Shown: positions 51,169 through 63,965 of the stretch, in pieces
How positions within the stretch are numbered: position 1 is the stretch's first letter
Layout: every line of letters starts with the position of its first letter
Origin: Lytechinus pictus
Lineage: Eukaryota
Length of the DNA: 64,000 nt
Assembly (NCBI RefSeq): GCF_037042905.1
Contig: NC_087250.1
Span: forward strand, 13,766,001-13,830,000
Direction of reading: 5' to 3'
Notes under the pieces: generated by a model
Told to the model about the DNA's origin: nothing
Database searches by the model: none
The model's input: only the letters and a program-made list of their open reading frames with translations
Program-made: the position numbers and the translations under genes

Positions 51169-51509
51169 ATTGAGATGCAATATCTATTTATATTAAGTGT
51201 TTTGAACAATGTCCTGCTTTGGGCATAGTGCAAATGCATAGAACAGATTCTAACGGCCTACTTTTGGAGAGAGAGAAAGGCGAAGAAAGAAAAGATTTTG
51301 ATTTAGATTTGTTTGTGTTTGCCTACCCTCACAGCATTACAAGTAAAAAACAATTTATTAAATGTATCCCAATTCAATATACTCTTGGGTATTTCTGTTG
51401 AAAGCTTTTTAAGCTATGACATATTGCTTTCTTTGCAGTCTAGGAGGGACCATAACTTCCTAATAAGTATAATGTAGACCTGTTCTATAGTGAGAGGAGA
51501 ACCAACTCC

Positions 51510-52042
51510 TTAAAGGTAAAGTAAAATGTTGATTTGAATAAATAGAGAAAATCCAACTAGCATAATGCTGAAAACTTCATCAAAATTGGATGTAAAATGG
51601 GAAAGTTATGACATTTTAAAGTTTCGCTTATTTTTTACAAAACAGTGATATGCACAACTCAGTGACATGCAAATGAGACAGGGGATGACATCCCTCACTA
51701 TTTATTTTGTTTTATATTGTTTGAATTATACAATCTTTCAATTTTTACAGATATGGCAATAAGGACCAACTTGACTGAACCATATAATATTAAACTATGC
51801 TAATTCCATGTGTTCAGGGAGGAATTAATCGTTTCACTTGACAATGAGAAAATTAGAATATTTCACATTTTATATAATAAAATACAAAATAAATAGTGAG
51901 TGGATGACGTCATCAGTCTCCTCATTTGCATACCGACCAGGATGTGCATATAACTGTCTTATTTCACATCCAATTTTGATGAAATTTTCAGTGTTATGCT
52001 TGTTGGATTTTTTTCTCTTTTTATTCAAATCAACTTTTTGTT
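51510..52042. mobile_element. Kolobok-like MITE
   Basis: TTAA|AGG ... CCT|TTAA. Inverted AGCATAATGCTGAAAACTTCATCAAAATTGGATG / CATCCAATTTTGATGAAATTTTCAGTGTTATGCT. Confidence 0.7.
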
Positions 52043-52136
52043 TGGGTGGACTTGTCCTTTAAAAAAAAAAGGGATTTTACTTCCAGCACATACATAGACA
52101 ATAAACCCCTATTCCCAATATGATATGTGCTGTTAA

Positions 52137-52733
52137 AGGGGAATCCAACCCAAATAAACACTTGTTTTTATAAGGAAAAGAAAAATCAGACAAGTTGATA
52201 GGTGAAAGTTTGAACAATATTGGACAAACAACAAGAAAGTTATGAATTTTTAAAAGTTGTAAATATTGGTAATCACTATACCCATGGAGACTTCAAATTG
52301 GTCGCATATGGGATGTCATAGTGATGTAAGGCAAGGACTACCCTACTCTTCCATGTACTCCAATACATATTATGGCTAAAATGTCATTTTTTCCAAAGGT
52401 TTTATTTCAAGTTATATTTTTCTTTCATGAGGACATAAAACAATATACTACCTGGATTATATTTAGATTACTGCCCCAGGGGAATGGGTACTTAGGAGAA
52501 AACCACAAATCCCTGATAAGGTACATGGCCTATGGGAAAGTTGTCCTTGCCCCTTGTCATAATTTACTTACCCAGTTGCTAATTTGAAATCTACATACTA
52601 TTAGTGATCTCAATTGTAAACCAGCTATAACTTTCTTATTGCCTGTCCGATTCCTTTACAACTTTCACCATTCTGTTTAAATTATTTTTCTCCTTCCCAA
52701 CACAACATTTTATGGCCAAGGCTGGATTCCCCT
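52137..52733. mobile_element. Kolobok-like MITE with TTAA TSD
   Basis: TTAA|AGGGGAATCCAACC ... GGCTGGATTCCCCT|TTAA. Confidence 0.85.
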
Positions 52734-52959
52734 TTAATGACCAAATTCCCCACTAGGTTTTCATGTTTTATTTGCTTGCGATGAATGTATTATATTGTTT
52801 ACGTGTAGATGTATGTATGGACTTAAGTGCTTTGATGCGCTGTTTATACAATGTCTATTTTGGAGTGGAATAAATCAATATTTAACCTCGAAATCTTGTC
52901 ATTGGTATTGAGTGAGGTCCGTAACAGAGAGAACAAATGTTAACATTTTTCTGAATGCA

Positions 52960-53265
52960 AGAGGGAAAGAGAGAGAGAGAGGGGGCCGGGAGTAGGGCCC
53001 TGGGTAGGCTAGGGGGATGGGAGAGATTGGTCTTTGTAGAGACAGGCTGGAGAGGGGGAGGGGGAGGGAGTGGAAAAAAGGTAGAGTTGGAGGAATGGGG
53101 AAGAGGGAGATTTACAGATCATGGGTGAACCCCGAGGTATAGGCCAGCTACATATGTATATGGAGACGAGGTGGGGAAAGAGGGAGATAGAGTTAATATA
53201 GAGGAAATATAAAGTAGGGTTTGAGAATGGGAGAGAAATCGATGCATAAAGAGATAACAAGAGAG
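52960..53265. repeat. GA/G-rich low-complexity tract
   Basis: Purine-rich degenerate repeats. Confidence 0.7.
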
Positions 53266-53642
53266 AGTTGCTGATGTGGTAAGTAGACAGATAAAGAAGA
53301 TGTTGAAAAAAAAATGTTCATCTTCCATAATACACAGTGAGAAATGACTTTACCTCACTTTAGAAAGAAAAAAGACGTGTTTCAGCTACATATGCTGAAA
53401 AGTACGTTTCCCGCTTGCTTTGCTCCTTTTCATGGCTTATATATTTGCATGGTCAATGGAATTTGTAATTATATAGCCATTTTGAAAAAAATCATGAATA
53501 TGAGTTCTAACGAAAGAAAACTGTTTTATGTACGGGTGGTACGTAGTATGCACAGACAGCATTTCATGTGGGGGTGAGGGGGGAATTTTCAGTTCAATTT
53601 ATTACTAGATAACCCCCCCCCCCTGCACACACACCCACACAT

Positions 53643-53883
53643 CAGGGTTTGGATCATACATTCCTATTAAATTACATTCCAGAGATGATCCAGCTACTAT
53701 ATAGTTATACCAACTTATTACTTCTAATTAAAATTACAATAACCTGCTTAAGCTCGATCCCCCTCGATCATGCACGACCAATGAAAAATTTTCAAGTTGA
53801 TTATGCTGGTAAGTATAGCTGGATCATCTCTGGAATGTAATTAGGAATGTATTTGGAATATGTAATTGAGCCCAATTACCCTG
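53643..53883. mobile_element. Hairpin MITE
   Basis: CAGGGT ... ACCCTG termini, AATTACATTCCAGAGATGATCCAGCTA inverted at about 53816-53842. Confidence 0.65.
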
Positions 53884-54099
53884 CCACACATCCACCCACA
53901 CCCGTACCGTCTCACACACACACACACGCACCCTCACTCTTTCTTCGCACACACACACGTACACGCGCTACGCTAACCCACGTCATCAGCTTGAATAAAC
54001 ATAAACACACGCGTACTGCTGTCTCTCCACCGTACCCACTTACGTAATGAAGCTCTCATTGTATTACATCAATACATGTGTATACCGTATACCCCCAAG

Positions 54100-54491
54100 G
54101 CTAGATGTTGCCCTAAATTGCCAGATTGTGAATCATTAGTCATCAAATATGACTTCTGGTAAGTTGCAATTGAATTTGACTTGAAGCTAGTCTCTACATT
54201 AACTTTAGATACCGTATTCCCCTTCTTTTAATTGCCTTTAATATACGCAGCGGTACCGGTACGGTACTTCCGGTATACTCATCATTTTCATCGGAGCCCG
54301 AGCGGCCGCCTGGCGGGCAGCAAGTCCGTAGGAGGTACACTACTATTTAAGCCGCGCCGCTGGGCCGTTTTTTCTTCGCTATTTTGGAAAATGGAATGGA
54401 AATCGATTTTGTTAAGACAATTTGAATCTTAAAGAAAAAAAAGCAAGGACAAAATGTTCACGAAACAAAACTTAGATTGGTTGCAAACTTG
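54100..54491 (+). promoter_or_regulatory. CpG-rich putative 5' end of gene 2
   Basis: CpG cluster 54245-54370, ACTTCCGGT ETS-like motif at 54266-54274, donors CTG|GTAAGT (54159) and TTG|GTAATT (54492). ATG ACT TCT G (54149-54158) is phase-compatible with exon 59227. Confidence 0.4.
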
Positions 54492-56604
54492 GTAATTTGT
54501 TTGTTGATGCATGATCCATTTTTCGCTTACGGCAGTTTGTTGTCATGGTTGTAGGCCTATATATTTTTTTTTCCTTTTGCCCTTCAAGTTTTGGACAAGC
54601 ATAGCTTTTTAAGGATATTGGTTTTCAATACTTGTGAAAAAAAAGGAATATATGTTTAAAAATGAAAAAATAAAAATAAAAAATATAGAAAAATGTGATA
54701 TTTTATTTAAATTCACAAATATCGCAAGAAATGAATTACGTTGGGAAAAAAAATGAGGAAAACTAATTGTATATTCGAAAATACTCATGCAACAACAATA
54801 TGCTGATACATATTGATTATTGTATTGATATACATGTTTACTGCGGCAGCCCGAACACGTACTTGTCTAAAGACGTCGTGTCGAGGTCCCCGGGGCAATA
54901 TACATGTATACTATTTGTGCTTTTGCAACTAACAGTCAGATGGCCACTGGTAATAGTTAATACTGATTTGAATAATTCTTATTTCTCTTCGAAAGAAATA
55001 TCGAAGTCGAAATATACATTTTTTTTTCATTCTTTGAAATCGTCTGTTAATTAGGGACGACCGCTATAAAAGAAAGTATTAATTACTTAATACATGTAGA
55101 TTGGGTTTGGACATTATTTGGCAGTTCTGCTGATTGTTGCAAAAGTAATGACTTATCGATATTACTGTGAAGAGTTGAAATTTAAGGTTCCTTCATTATT
55201 TTTTTTTTTCCTCTTGAATTTTTGGCCTGTTAAAAAAAAATCATGCTAGAAAGAAAACATGAATTTAAACTTGAAAACTTGGAGTGTATATTGAAAAAAT
55301 GAGGACATTTTTAAATGAAGAGGGAATCTTATGTAACAGTAAATTTTGCTGGGTTTATTTATTTAATCTGTACTCTTACATTTGGCTTTCCATACTTTAT
55401 TGTTTACATTCAACTTATTTCCATTCCAACTCGTCTCATCCTTCTTTCCATCCTCACAATCCACATACATTGTCATGATCTCATCTTTCATTCCATCTCC
55501 ACAATACTCACATAGCAGCACAGGTTCATTGCATTTCATTCTTTCATTCAGTTTCCCCTCAGTCATGCTTCCTGGTTTTCCATTAGCTTTCCACTCCACA
55601 TGGTCTTATTGTTTAATTCTCATTAGGATTCAGTTTAACTCATGATCACCCTTCTCTATTCTCTGATTAGTTCTTATTTTTAAATAGGGTTAGTTCATTT
55701 TATAGTTCATACCATTTTCCTTGTATTTGATTGGTTGATTTCTATGATTATCCAATGTGGGTACATTGGCAGAACTTCCCAGAAGATTGCATTAGAAAGT
55801 AAAGTCAGTGCTGATCTGGACTTCATCGTGTTAAGTTCTAATTTATTCTGTGTTCACCCTATCTTCAGTTTAATAATTTTAGTTTAATTAAAGTAAGGAG
55901 AGCTTTGGAGATTGAATTTACAGGAGAGCATAGGAGACTGAAGTGCAAGAGTTTATGATTTTGGAGTGTACAAATGGTCATGTTACAGTATTCTGAAAAT
56001 TGTCTTAACTTTTCTTGTAAGTCAGCAAAATAACAGCTCACTAAAATTCTCTTAAATTGGTATTCTGAAAATTGTCTAAAAAAATCTAAGTAAGGATTTC
56101 CCCATTTTTATCTCTGACACGCCCAATATTTCATCATCAACCAATCAAGCTTGTTTTTAGTTATATGCTTAGGTCTACCAATAGAAGCATCTCTTCTGAA
56201 AAATAATGAAGCGTAATTTCCTTGCGCCCCGACGCTTATGCTTGTGCGCTTCTGTGCTAAAAATACACGTGCCGTGGCTCTTCTCAAAGATTTTATTTTC
56301 TCTGAAAAGATTCATCGTCTCGAAAACAAATTTTTAATTGCTGAAAAGTCTACCAATCCGTCGTTATAATGTCTTTGGAATGTCTCCTTTTGTAAAACAT
56401 GATGTTCTTGCGGGATGCAGCAAGAAACAATTATTGCAGACGGACAAATATCGCATCCAACAATAAGTTACAATAGCCCCCTACCTCTTGTAAATTTTCT
56501 TGTATTTTGCAAAGAAGTTAACAACGCAAAGATAAGAGAATTTTCAGAATACCTTTTATCTCGATATGCAAAGGGATATTTATGGTGTAATCTTTTCCAA
56601 TCAG

Positions 56605-56741
56605 GGTCCCGTAACACGAAGGTTAGCAATTAATCTTTAATAAGTCTTGATCAATCATGATTGATTGTACATTGTAGTCAATGGAATCAATCGCAGAAAA
56701 ATGTTCTACAATCATTGCTAAGTTTTGTGTTACGGGCCCCA
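56605..56741. mobile_element. Short hairpin MITE (family of 35203-35355)
   Basis: CCCGTAACACGAAGGTTAGCAAT ... ATTGCTAAGTTTTGTGTTACGGG. Confidence 0.7.
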
Positions 56742-56837
56742 GATATTATATTACCTTATGATGCAAAGAAGAAGGTCAAAGAAGGTCCGTTATTGTGGAT
56801 TTGGAGAGATTTTGTTGGAGCAATAAAATCCTTCTAG

Positions 56838-57272
56838 CATGGGTGTCGATCGCTGTTCTTGGTTGGGGGGGATGATTGACACAAAAGTTCTTGTGGATGG
56901 GGATCTTTCAACATTACCTCCACTAAAATCACAAGTTAGGACATTTGGGAGTGATTGATATGCATGGTGTTCTTGGAAATTCCTTCATTGTTGTAGTGTA
57001 CTTATATTTCTTTTTTGGAAATTCAATTTGTGTTACAAGTAAGCCTATTCTAAACTCATACGAAAGAAAAAATGACAAATTGTCTGGACCATGTTCATAG
57101 TTTATTGAGCATGATGTATACACAGGGGCGTCGATCCATTTTTCAGATTGGGGAGGGGGGGGGGCAAAATCATGAATCAACGTTCCAAAGGCGCTCGATC
57201 ATACAAAACGAACAAACTCATCCACACACCCCTACACCCCACACACATAGGCCTATATTTTATATATATATA

Positions 57273-57313
<41 letters not shown>

Positions 57314-58679
57314 CTCATGAGAAAGAGACACATATCTCACCCTCACCAACAATGCGAGCGCGAGCTAAAATTTTTTAGTATGACATGAAAACAGGAAAAA
57401 TGTACCTGTTTAGGTTTGTTTGTAGTTACTCATGAAAAGCATAGATACATGTATCTCACCAGAGAGCGAGCTAAAATTTCTTTATATTCTGACGTGAAAG
57501 CTTGATATTCTAAGCATTTTTGGTACCAATGATTAAGATGGGTATCTAGAAGAACAATAGATGCGAGCGCAAAGCGCCAGCTGAAAATGTTGATATTTCG
57601 ATCTGGAAAAAAAGACAGTTTAATGGACGCTTTTAATAAAGAACAAGATATATATCCAACAAAAGATTATTGCAAATCGAAGCGGGAGTTCTTTTGAGGT
57701 ATAGAACTGAAAACGGGACATTCTATTCACCTATTTAATCATGAAAAGTATGGGGTTTTGGTACAGAAATGATGCGAGCGCGAAGCGCGAGCTGAAATTT
57801 TTTATATTCCAATCTGAAAAGCAGACATTTTGAGCACGATTTTAAATCAAAATCGAGTTGGTATCTCAATCTCGCTTGCTGGTTTCAGTGTAGCATTACA
57901 ATCTTATTTTATTTTTTAGTTGCACATGCGGAATTATGGGAGGGGGGGGGCAAAACGATATGTTCCCCCAAATATTTTCATTGGCGGGGCGATCGCCCCC
58001 TGCCCCCCCCCCCCCCCGGATCGACACCTATGTGTATACAACTTCTCTCTTAAATCTAACCCGACTGGCAATATCTTTTTTCTTAATGCATGATGATAAC
58101 ATGCAGATTCGGACCAATTAAGACTAGCACAAATTACAAACTGTGTGGCTTCTCGTGCGCCATCGGGCTTACCGTCATTCCATAGAGCTATTACTGTAAT
58201 AGCTATATGGTAAATCCTTAGACGATTTATCTTGCCACCCTTTTACTCCCGTTTATTTTTCCACCCTTTTGAATTAATTGATTTATTAAAATTAATTTTT
58301 TCACCATTGGTGGGATGGAACACCAAAAGTATTTTTTCGTTGGGGTCCCTTTATGTTATGTGTTAAAAAATATCATATACATAAACATTTCATTCTTTTT
58401 CATCTTGAACCTCCACCCATCTGTTTAATAGTCCTGAAAAAGAATGTTTTTATTTAATAACAATATACACAAATTGCGAGGGAAACAAACTGATTGATGG
58501 CATACTATAATCATCACTATAATCATCATGATCAAACGTTTCATTTTTTCATCATCATTATTATAATGTTTCTACCCTAAATTATTGGGGGGATGATAAT
58601 ACAGGCCATCCCCCCACTTGAAATATTGGGGGGGGGGGGATATATCCCCCCCATCCCCCCCCCGTGATCGACACCCATG
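56838..58679. mobile_element. hAT-type non-autonomous element (outer)
   Basis: TIR CATGGGTGTCGATC ... GATCGACACCCATG, perfect 8-bp TSD CCTTCTAG (56830-56837 / 58680-58687). Confidence 0.9.
57123..58032. mobile_element. hAT-type non-autonomous element nested in a relative
   Basis: TIR CAGGGGCGTCGATCC ... GGATCGACACCTATG, perfect 8-bp TSD TGTATACA (57115-57122 / 58033-58040), internal GCGAGCGCGAAGCGCGAGCT repeats. Confidence 0.9.
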
Positions 58680-59226
58680 CCTTCTAGGCTTCTACATTAT
58701 CTTCGAAGCGCCCTCGATAAAATTCAGTGATCAAACAGTGATAGAAAATAACCGTTTTGTCTTGATTATGGTTGAATTGTGACACTTCATGATTTGACAG
58801 AATATGGTTCGAGAAGAGTTACCTTTCATAGACCCACGTTTGTTAAAGACCTAATTTCACATACATGTATTCTTTGGCATATCCAGGGATGCCAATCGTT
58901 ACAGAATATTTTGAGATAAGAAATTGCAATGAGAATAACCAAACGGCTGAACCAAATGTTGTCCTACGAGACAAAACATGTTCAAATTTTTTCGCTCAGT
59001 CGGGAAGTAAACACTGAATTTACATTACAACACATCTCATTAATATTCCATAAGGGTTGACAACTCTGCATAACACATACATGTAGAATCTTGCATGGGT
59101 CCTTATGATTTTTTTAATAGATTTTTTAGAAAAATCTGCCGCAGTCCTTGATGCATCGTTCCTGTAGTCTTTATTCTTATGCTTGATTAAAACTCTAAAT
59201 TTGCAACACAATTATTTTTGATACAG

Positions 59227-59325
59227 GGTCAAACATCAATCCACCAATGTTCACGCAACATCTGCAAGGAATAAAGATAGAGATCAAAGAGGAAAGTGAT
59301 GATGAGGATGATTACGAGTCAAGAG
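59227..59325 (+). CDS. Gene 2 exon: paralog of the KRAB-B-like exon (copy 1)
   Basis: GATACAG| (G)SNINPPMFTQHLQGIKIEIKEESDDEDDYESR-G |GTTTGT, 99 nt, phase 1-1. Shares CCACCAATGTTCA, GAAAGYGATGA and AAGAG|GTTTGT with 45645-45734. Confidence 0.75.
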
Positions 59326-59575
59326 GTTTGTGAATTTTAAAGTCATTTGGGTATTAAGCCTTGGAGTAAAACTTGAATAATCAATGCATTTGACTCGTTT
59401 ACCAACAATAGGCAAGCAAATACTACTTTTTACACTTTAATATTTCATACCCATGTATTTGCCAGATGTTGATTTCTCATTTGAGACATTCAATTATCGG
59501 AAGTACATGGGTATGAAATTTGTCAACTAATTACCACAAGATAACAAATGAAAAGATAAGTTTATGTTAATGTAC

Positions 59576-59738
59576 CAGGGGAGCGTTTCATCAACATTTT
59601 CATCCGACAAGTTGTCAGATCTGACATCTTTCCTTGATTCTGATTGGCTGAGAGGCAATGTTACTATGGTAACTGTTGGATAAAATGGTACTTGTCAGAT
59701 AAAACGTCCGACAAGTCCTTTCATGAAACGCTCCCCAG
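59576..59738. mobile_element. Hairpin MITE
   Basis: CAGGGGAGCGTTTCAT ... ATGAAACGCTCCCCAG. Confidence 0.8.
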
Positions 59739-59874
59739 ATCTACATATATCTATGATAAAATTGTGGCAACTATCCTTGATTTTAAAGACTTTCTCATGA
59801 ACTGATTGGTTGCAGGAACTATTTTCTTTTACCTTTAAAACTCCAAACTTTCAACACAATTATTTTGGATACAG

Positions 59875-59976
59875 GATTGGAGGTCGGTCCACCGATGTTC
59901 ATGCAACATCTGCAAGAAATAAAGATAAAGATCAAAGAGGAAAGTGATGATGAGGATGAGTACAACAAGTCAAGAG
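59875..59976 (+). CDS. Gene 2 exon: KRAB-B-like exon (copy 2)
   Basis: GATACAG| (G)LEVGPPMFMQHLQEIKIKIKEESDDEDEYNKSR-G |GTTTGT, 102 nt, phase 1-1. Flanking intron sequence is also duplicated. Confidence 0.75.
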
Positions 59977-60272
59977 GTTTGTGAATTTTAAGTCATGTGA
60001 GCATCTTTTGACCCTAGACTTGTGATAAGCATTGTCAATAAATTTTTTTTTTTTGGGGGGGGAAGCAAACTCAAGCCAGGTACCAGCTAGAAATTATTGG
60101 GCCAAACCTGTTTTATCTCAAGCAATTGATGGGCCAGGGAAAGTGAGATATCAACCAAACCATCATAATAATGATAATATGAATTGCAAAAGCACATATT
60201 GTTGATGATCTCAATGCACTTTACATATGGATTTATAATTTATTACATTAGAAATCAATTCATATATTTGAG

Positions 60273-61154
60273 TTTTTGTCTTGCCTGCAGAGCAGAGCGA
60301 GACTATAGGCGTCGCTTTTCCAACGGCAGCGTCGTCGTCCGAAATTAAAATCTTAACCAAGGTTAAGTTTTTGAATGTCATCATAACTTAGAAGGTGTAT
60401 GGACCTTGTTCATGAAACTTGGACATAAGCTTAATCAAGTATTACACTGAACATTCTGCCTGAGTTTCAGGTCACATGACTAATGTCAAAGGTCATTTAG
60501 TGTCAATGAACTGAGACCATGTTGGGGGAATCAATATCAAAATCTTAACCAATGTTCAGTTTTTGAAATGTCCTAACTTTAAAAGTATATAGACCTAGTT
60601 CATAAAACTTAAATATGAGGGTAATAGTGTATCACTGAAGATCCTGCCTGAGTTTCAGGTCACATGATTAAGGTCAAAGGTCACTTGGGGTCAACAAACT
60701 TTGGCCATGTTGGGTTTTTTTGAGGAATTGTCATAACTTTAAAAGTTTATGGATCTAGTTCATGAAACTAGGACATACATGTAAGAGCAGCAATTTATCG
60801 CTGAATACCCTGTGCGCATTTCAGGGACATGGCCCAGCTCAAATGTCATTTAAAGGTTAATGACCTCTGGCAGTGTTGGTAGTATGTGTTAAAATTGGCA
60901 TCATAAAGTTTATGGATCTAGCTCATGAAACATTAACGTAAGGGTATTCAAGTATGAATGATTGTTTTGCACATGTCTTGGGTCACATGATCACGGTCAA
61001 AGGTCATTTTGGGTGAATGGACATAATATTTTATTATCATTAGTATTTTGTTCTGTGAATAATTATTCATTAGCTGTTTTCAAAGGCAGCACTGCTGCTA
61101 TATATCATCGAATTGCGTAATGAAGGCGAGACTGCCAAAGGCGCTCCACTTGTT
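60273..61154 (+). mobile_element. Helentron/DINE-like non-autonomous element with internal ~180-bp tandem units
   Basis: TTTT-GTCTTGCCTGCA...GCGAGAC 5' end, AGGCGAGAC...GGCGCTCC-ACTTGTT 3' end, repeated GTCACATGA..TCAAAGGTCA units. Confidence 0.65.
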
Positions 61155-61203
61155 TTAAATTACAATATTATTCTACTTTATACTAGATAAGTGTAATCTC
61201 TTA

Positions 61204-61585
61204 GGCCCGAATTCACAAAGGTGGTTTTGAAAACCCACGGTTGAATCCATATTTTATGCAGATTTCCTGTATAAATGACGCTTAATTTAGCGCGTATTGT
61301 ATGTCCAATGCAGATGCATGATTTTGTCACAGTGCGCCAAATTGATGTCTGTTACCATGGTTAGATACACTATTTTATTCATGAGTCCTAGAGCTGTTTT
61401 TAAGCGTATCTAACCATGGTAACAGGCGTAAATTTGGCGCACTGTGACAAAAGCGCGCATCAGCACTGGACATTTTTTATACACGCACCCGATATGCGCT
61501 AAATTAAGCTTCATTTTTACAGGAAATCTGCATAAACCATGGACTCAACCGTGGGTTTTCAAAACCACTTTTGTGAATTCGGGCC
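61204..61585. mobile_element. PIF/Harbinger-type MITE
   Basis: TTA|GGCCCGAATTCACAAA ... TTTGTGAATTCGGGCC|TTA: long inverted arms and a 3-bp TTA TSD. Confidence 0.88.
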
Positions 61586-62003
61586 TTATTATCTGAAAAC
61601 ACTTTCTTAATTCCTGTAGAGAACTCATATCTCGGCAAATGAAAGTCGCTAATTTTTTCAAAACTGTCACATCTAGCATTTTCCTGAGCTTTCCTAATTA
61701 AAAAAAAAAACTTGTTTCCAATATTACTCTACTTATTACTAACTAGGGTGTAAAGCTCTTATTGTCTGAAAACAGCTCCCTAAATCCTGTAGATAACTCT
61801 ATCTAGATGAATGAACTTGCTACTTGTGTCAAAACCGTAAAATTAAGCATTTCCCTAAATTCCCTCAATTTCTTCTCTTTAACTTTGAGGTTCAAGGTTT
61901 TAACACCCCCTCGATGATATTCTTGTTTGGTAGTGGGGTAGGCATTAGTTTCAATTTTGCATGGTAGGGAATTCATCATGTTTAACAATTTGTTTTGTTT
62001 CAG

Positions 62004-62083
62004 AATCACCCTGTTCAACAATGGATGATCAGCAGGACAGCCATCAAAATGAAAATGAGATACATGAAGAGATTCTAAAACCG
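62004..62083 (+). CDS. Gene 2 candidate acidic linker exon
   Basis: TTTGTTTTGTTTCAG| (E)SPCSTMDDQQDSHQNENEIHEEILKP |GTAAGT. Strong splice sites, and the phase-1 entry matches the upstream exons. Confidence 0.6.
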
Positions 62084-62157
62084 GTAAGTAGTGAAATATA
62101 CTGGATAAAAAAAAATTCTCAATCATTTCTTTCAATTATGTCACCATAAAGTTAATA

Positions 62158-62403
62158 GGCGGAGGCTGCAGCTTTTGTCTTTGACTGTGATGCTGATGCA
62201 CAATAGGTCTGATGGGAAAGACTATGAACCGTGGCTCCGCCGATGCACTCTGATCTTGCGTTGATGGACGATATTTTGATAAAAAGAAACTTACTCAAGG
62301 TCGGAATGTATAAGTGGTTTCATAGTCGTCAGACATATTGCTGACATTTTGTTTAAGAGCATCAGACTTGTAAAGATCAAAGCCAAGAGCTGCAGCCTCT
62401 GCT
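62158..62403. mobile_element. Short MITE
   Basis: GCGGAGGCTGCAGCT ... AGCTGCAGCCTCTGC. Confidence 0.6.
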
Positions 62404-62415
62404 AACCATGTTGGT

Positions 62416-62599
62416 CAGGGGGCCGTTTCATAAGGCTGTTAATGCGTTAAGAGCGACTTTAAGAACGGCTGGTGATCGTTTTTAGAGGTAAATGATATTC
62501 ACCATTAAATGTTCATTGGTGATTATTTACCGGGTAAGGAAGTTTCACCAGTCGCTCTTAAAGTCACTCTTACTAACAGCTTTATGAAACACCCACCTG
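62416..62599. mobile_element. Hairpin MITE (family of 5429-5617)
   Basis: CAGGGGGCCGTTTCATAAGGCTG ... CAGCTTTATGAAACACCCACCTG. Confidence 0.75.
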
Positions 62600-63382
62600 T
62601 AAAGAGGTTTAAATTGTATGCAGATTTCTCTTCATATAATTTCGCTTCCCTTTTATTAGCTATTTTTGCCAAAAGCGGGCTTTTAGTTGGATTTTTACCT
62701 AGTATGCGATAATACAAGCGTAATTGTGTACAATTTTGTACCGTAGTACTATTGAAATTTGATTTAGGATTACAGGCCATAGAGGGATTGTCCAGGTGGA
62801 GGGATGGATATTTAGCCGGAAAGGTAACCTCTTTTCATATACTTCGGCATATAATTGCTTCCTACTTGCATAACAAATGGGCAGTCTGGCATGTTCTACA
62901 TGTAGTTCTACCTGGGCCCCGTTACACAAAGCTTAGCGATGAATAGCAATTATGAATGAACACTTCTGATTGGTTCCTGGTCAGTATTTTGCGCCATATG
63001 CTCGAGTAAACTTGATTATAATTGGTCATTTCATATAGTGATTGTTATGAGTTGAATTCATAGCATACATCGCAGTGAGTGCCATGCTCTCTAGAAAAAT
63101 ATTCTTAAAATACACTCTTGTGCATTTCAAGCAATCAATTCCATTCACTGTTCATATGCTGAAAATTATGTCACATTTCTGAATCCCTAAATGTAAGTTC
63201 ATATATGGATATTGAAAATGAATACACATTCTTAATAATACTGAAGAGGAATTTAACACATGAAGCCCGATATAAAGGTAAATAAAACTTCACATTAATC
63301 TATTTCCTTTTTTCAATGCCACTTTGATGGGTTACAATGTACATGTATAATACTTAATTTGCCAGTGTAGCATGTACATGTA

Positions 63383-63965
63383 CAGTTGAGGTCAGAAGTT
63401 TACAACACCCAGGAAATTCAAAGTTGACACTTGCCAAAAATAAAATTTTACTTTATATCATAAAATATTTGAGCTATCATGACAAATTTGATATCAAATA
63501 ATTATGTCATGCCCCTTTATCACATCGCTTTGTCATCAGGAGCTGAAAAACATTTAGGTGTAATTTTTCCCCAAAAAAATCATATTTTAGACAAATTAGA
63601 AGTTAAAACTTGGACAAAAACATTTTTTATTACACTTTTTAGTTCAGTGGTGACATATGATAGAAAATATAATGTAAATCATAGATTTGAATAAAATATA
63701 TTTCTGTGAAACAATGTTTGAAAATATAACAAGCAATAGAATACATTTGGCACAAATATTACTTTTTTTTCAAAGGAAATTCCACATGAAATATACTTTA
63801 ATTCCAACGTCATCCCTATCATAGCTTAATGTGCTCTTTCATTTGATACCAAATTCGTCATGGTAGTATGTATGCTTCTGAAGATTAAGTAAATTTTACG
63901 ATGTTTGGCAAGCGAAGAAATTTCACTAGATTCCATGGGTGCATGTAAATTTTTGGCCTCAACTA
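63383..63965. mobile_element. Tc1/mariner-type MITE
   Basis: TA|CAGTTGAGGTCAGAAGTTTACA ... TGTAAATTTTTGGCCTCAACTA|TA. Confidence 0.75.

Noticed and set aside
58929..59010. MRITKRLNQMLSYETKHVQIFSLSREV as a degenerate KRAB-A of gene 2
   Set aside because: Only SYE and REV resemble the gene 1 exon. It lacks the F..W core, has the wrong spacing and has no proper phase-1 donor
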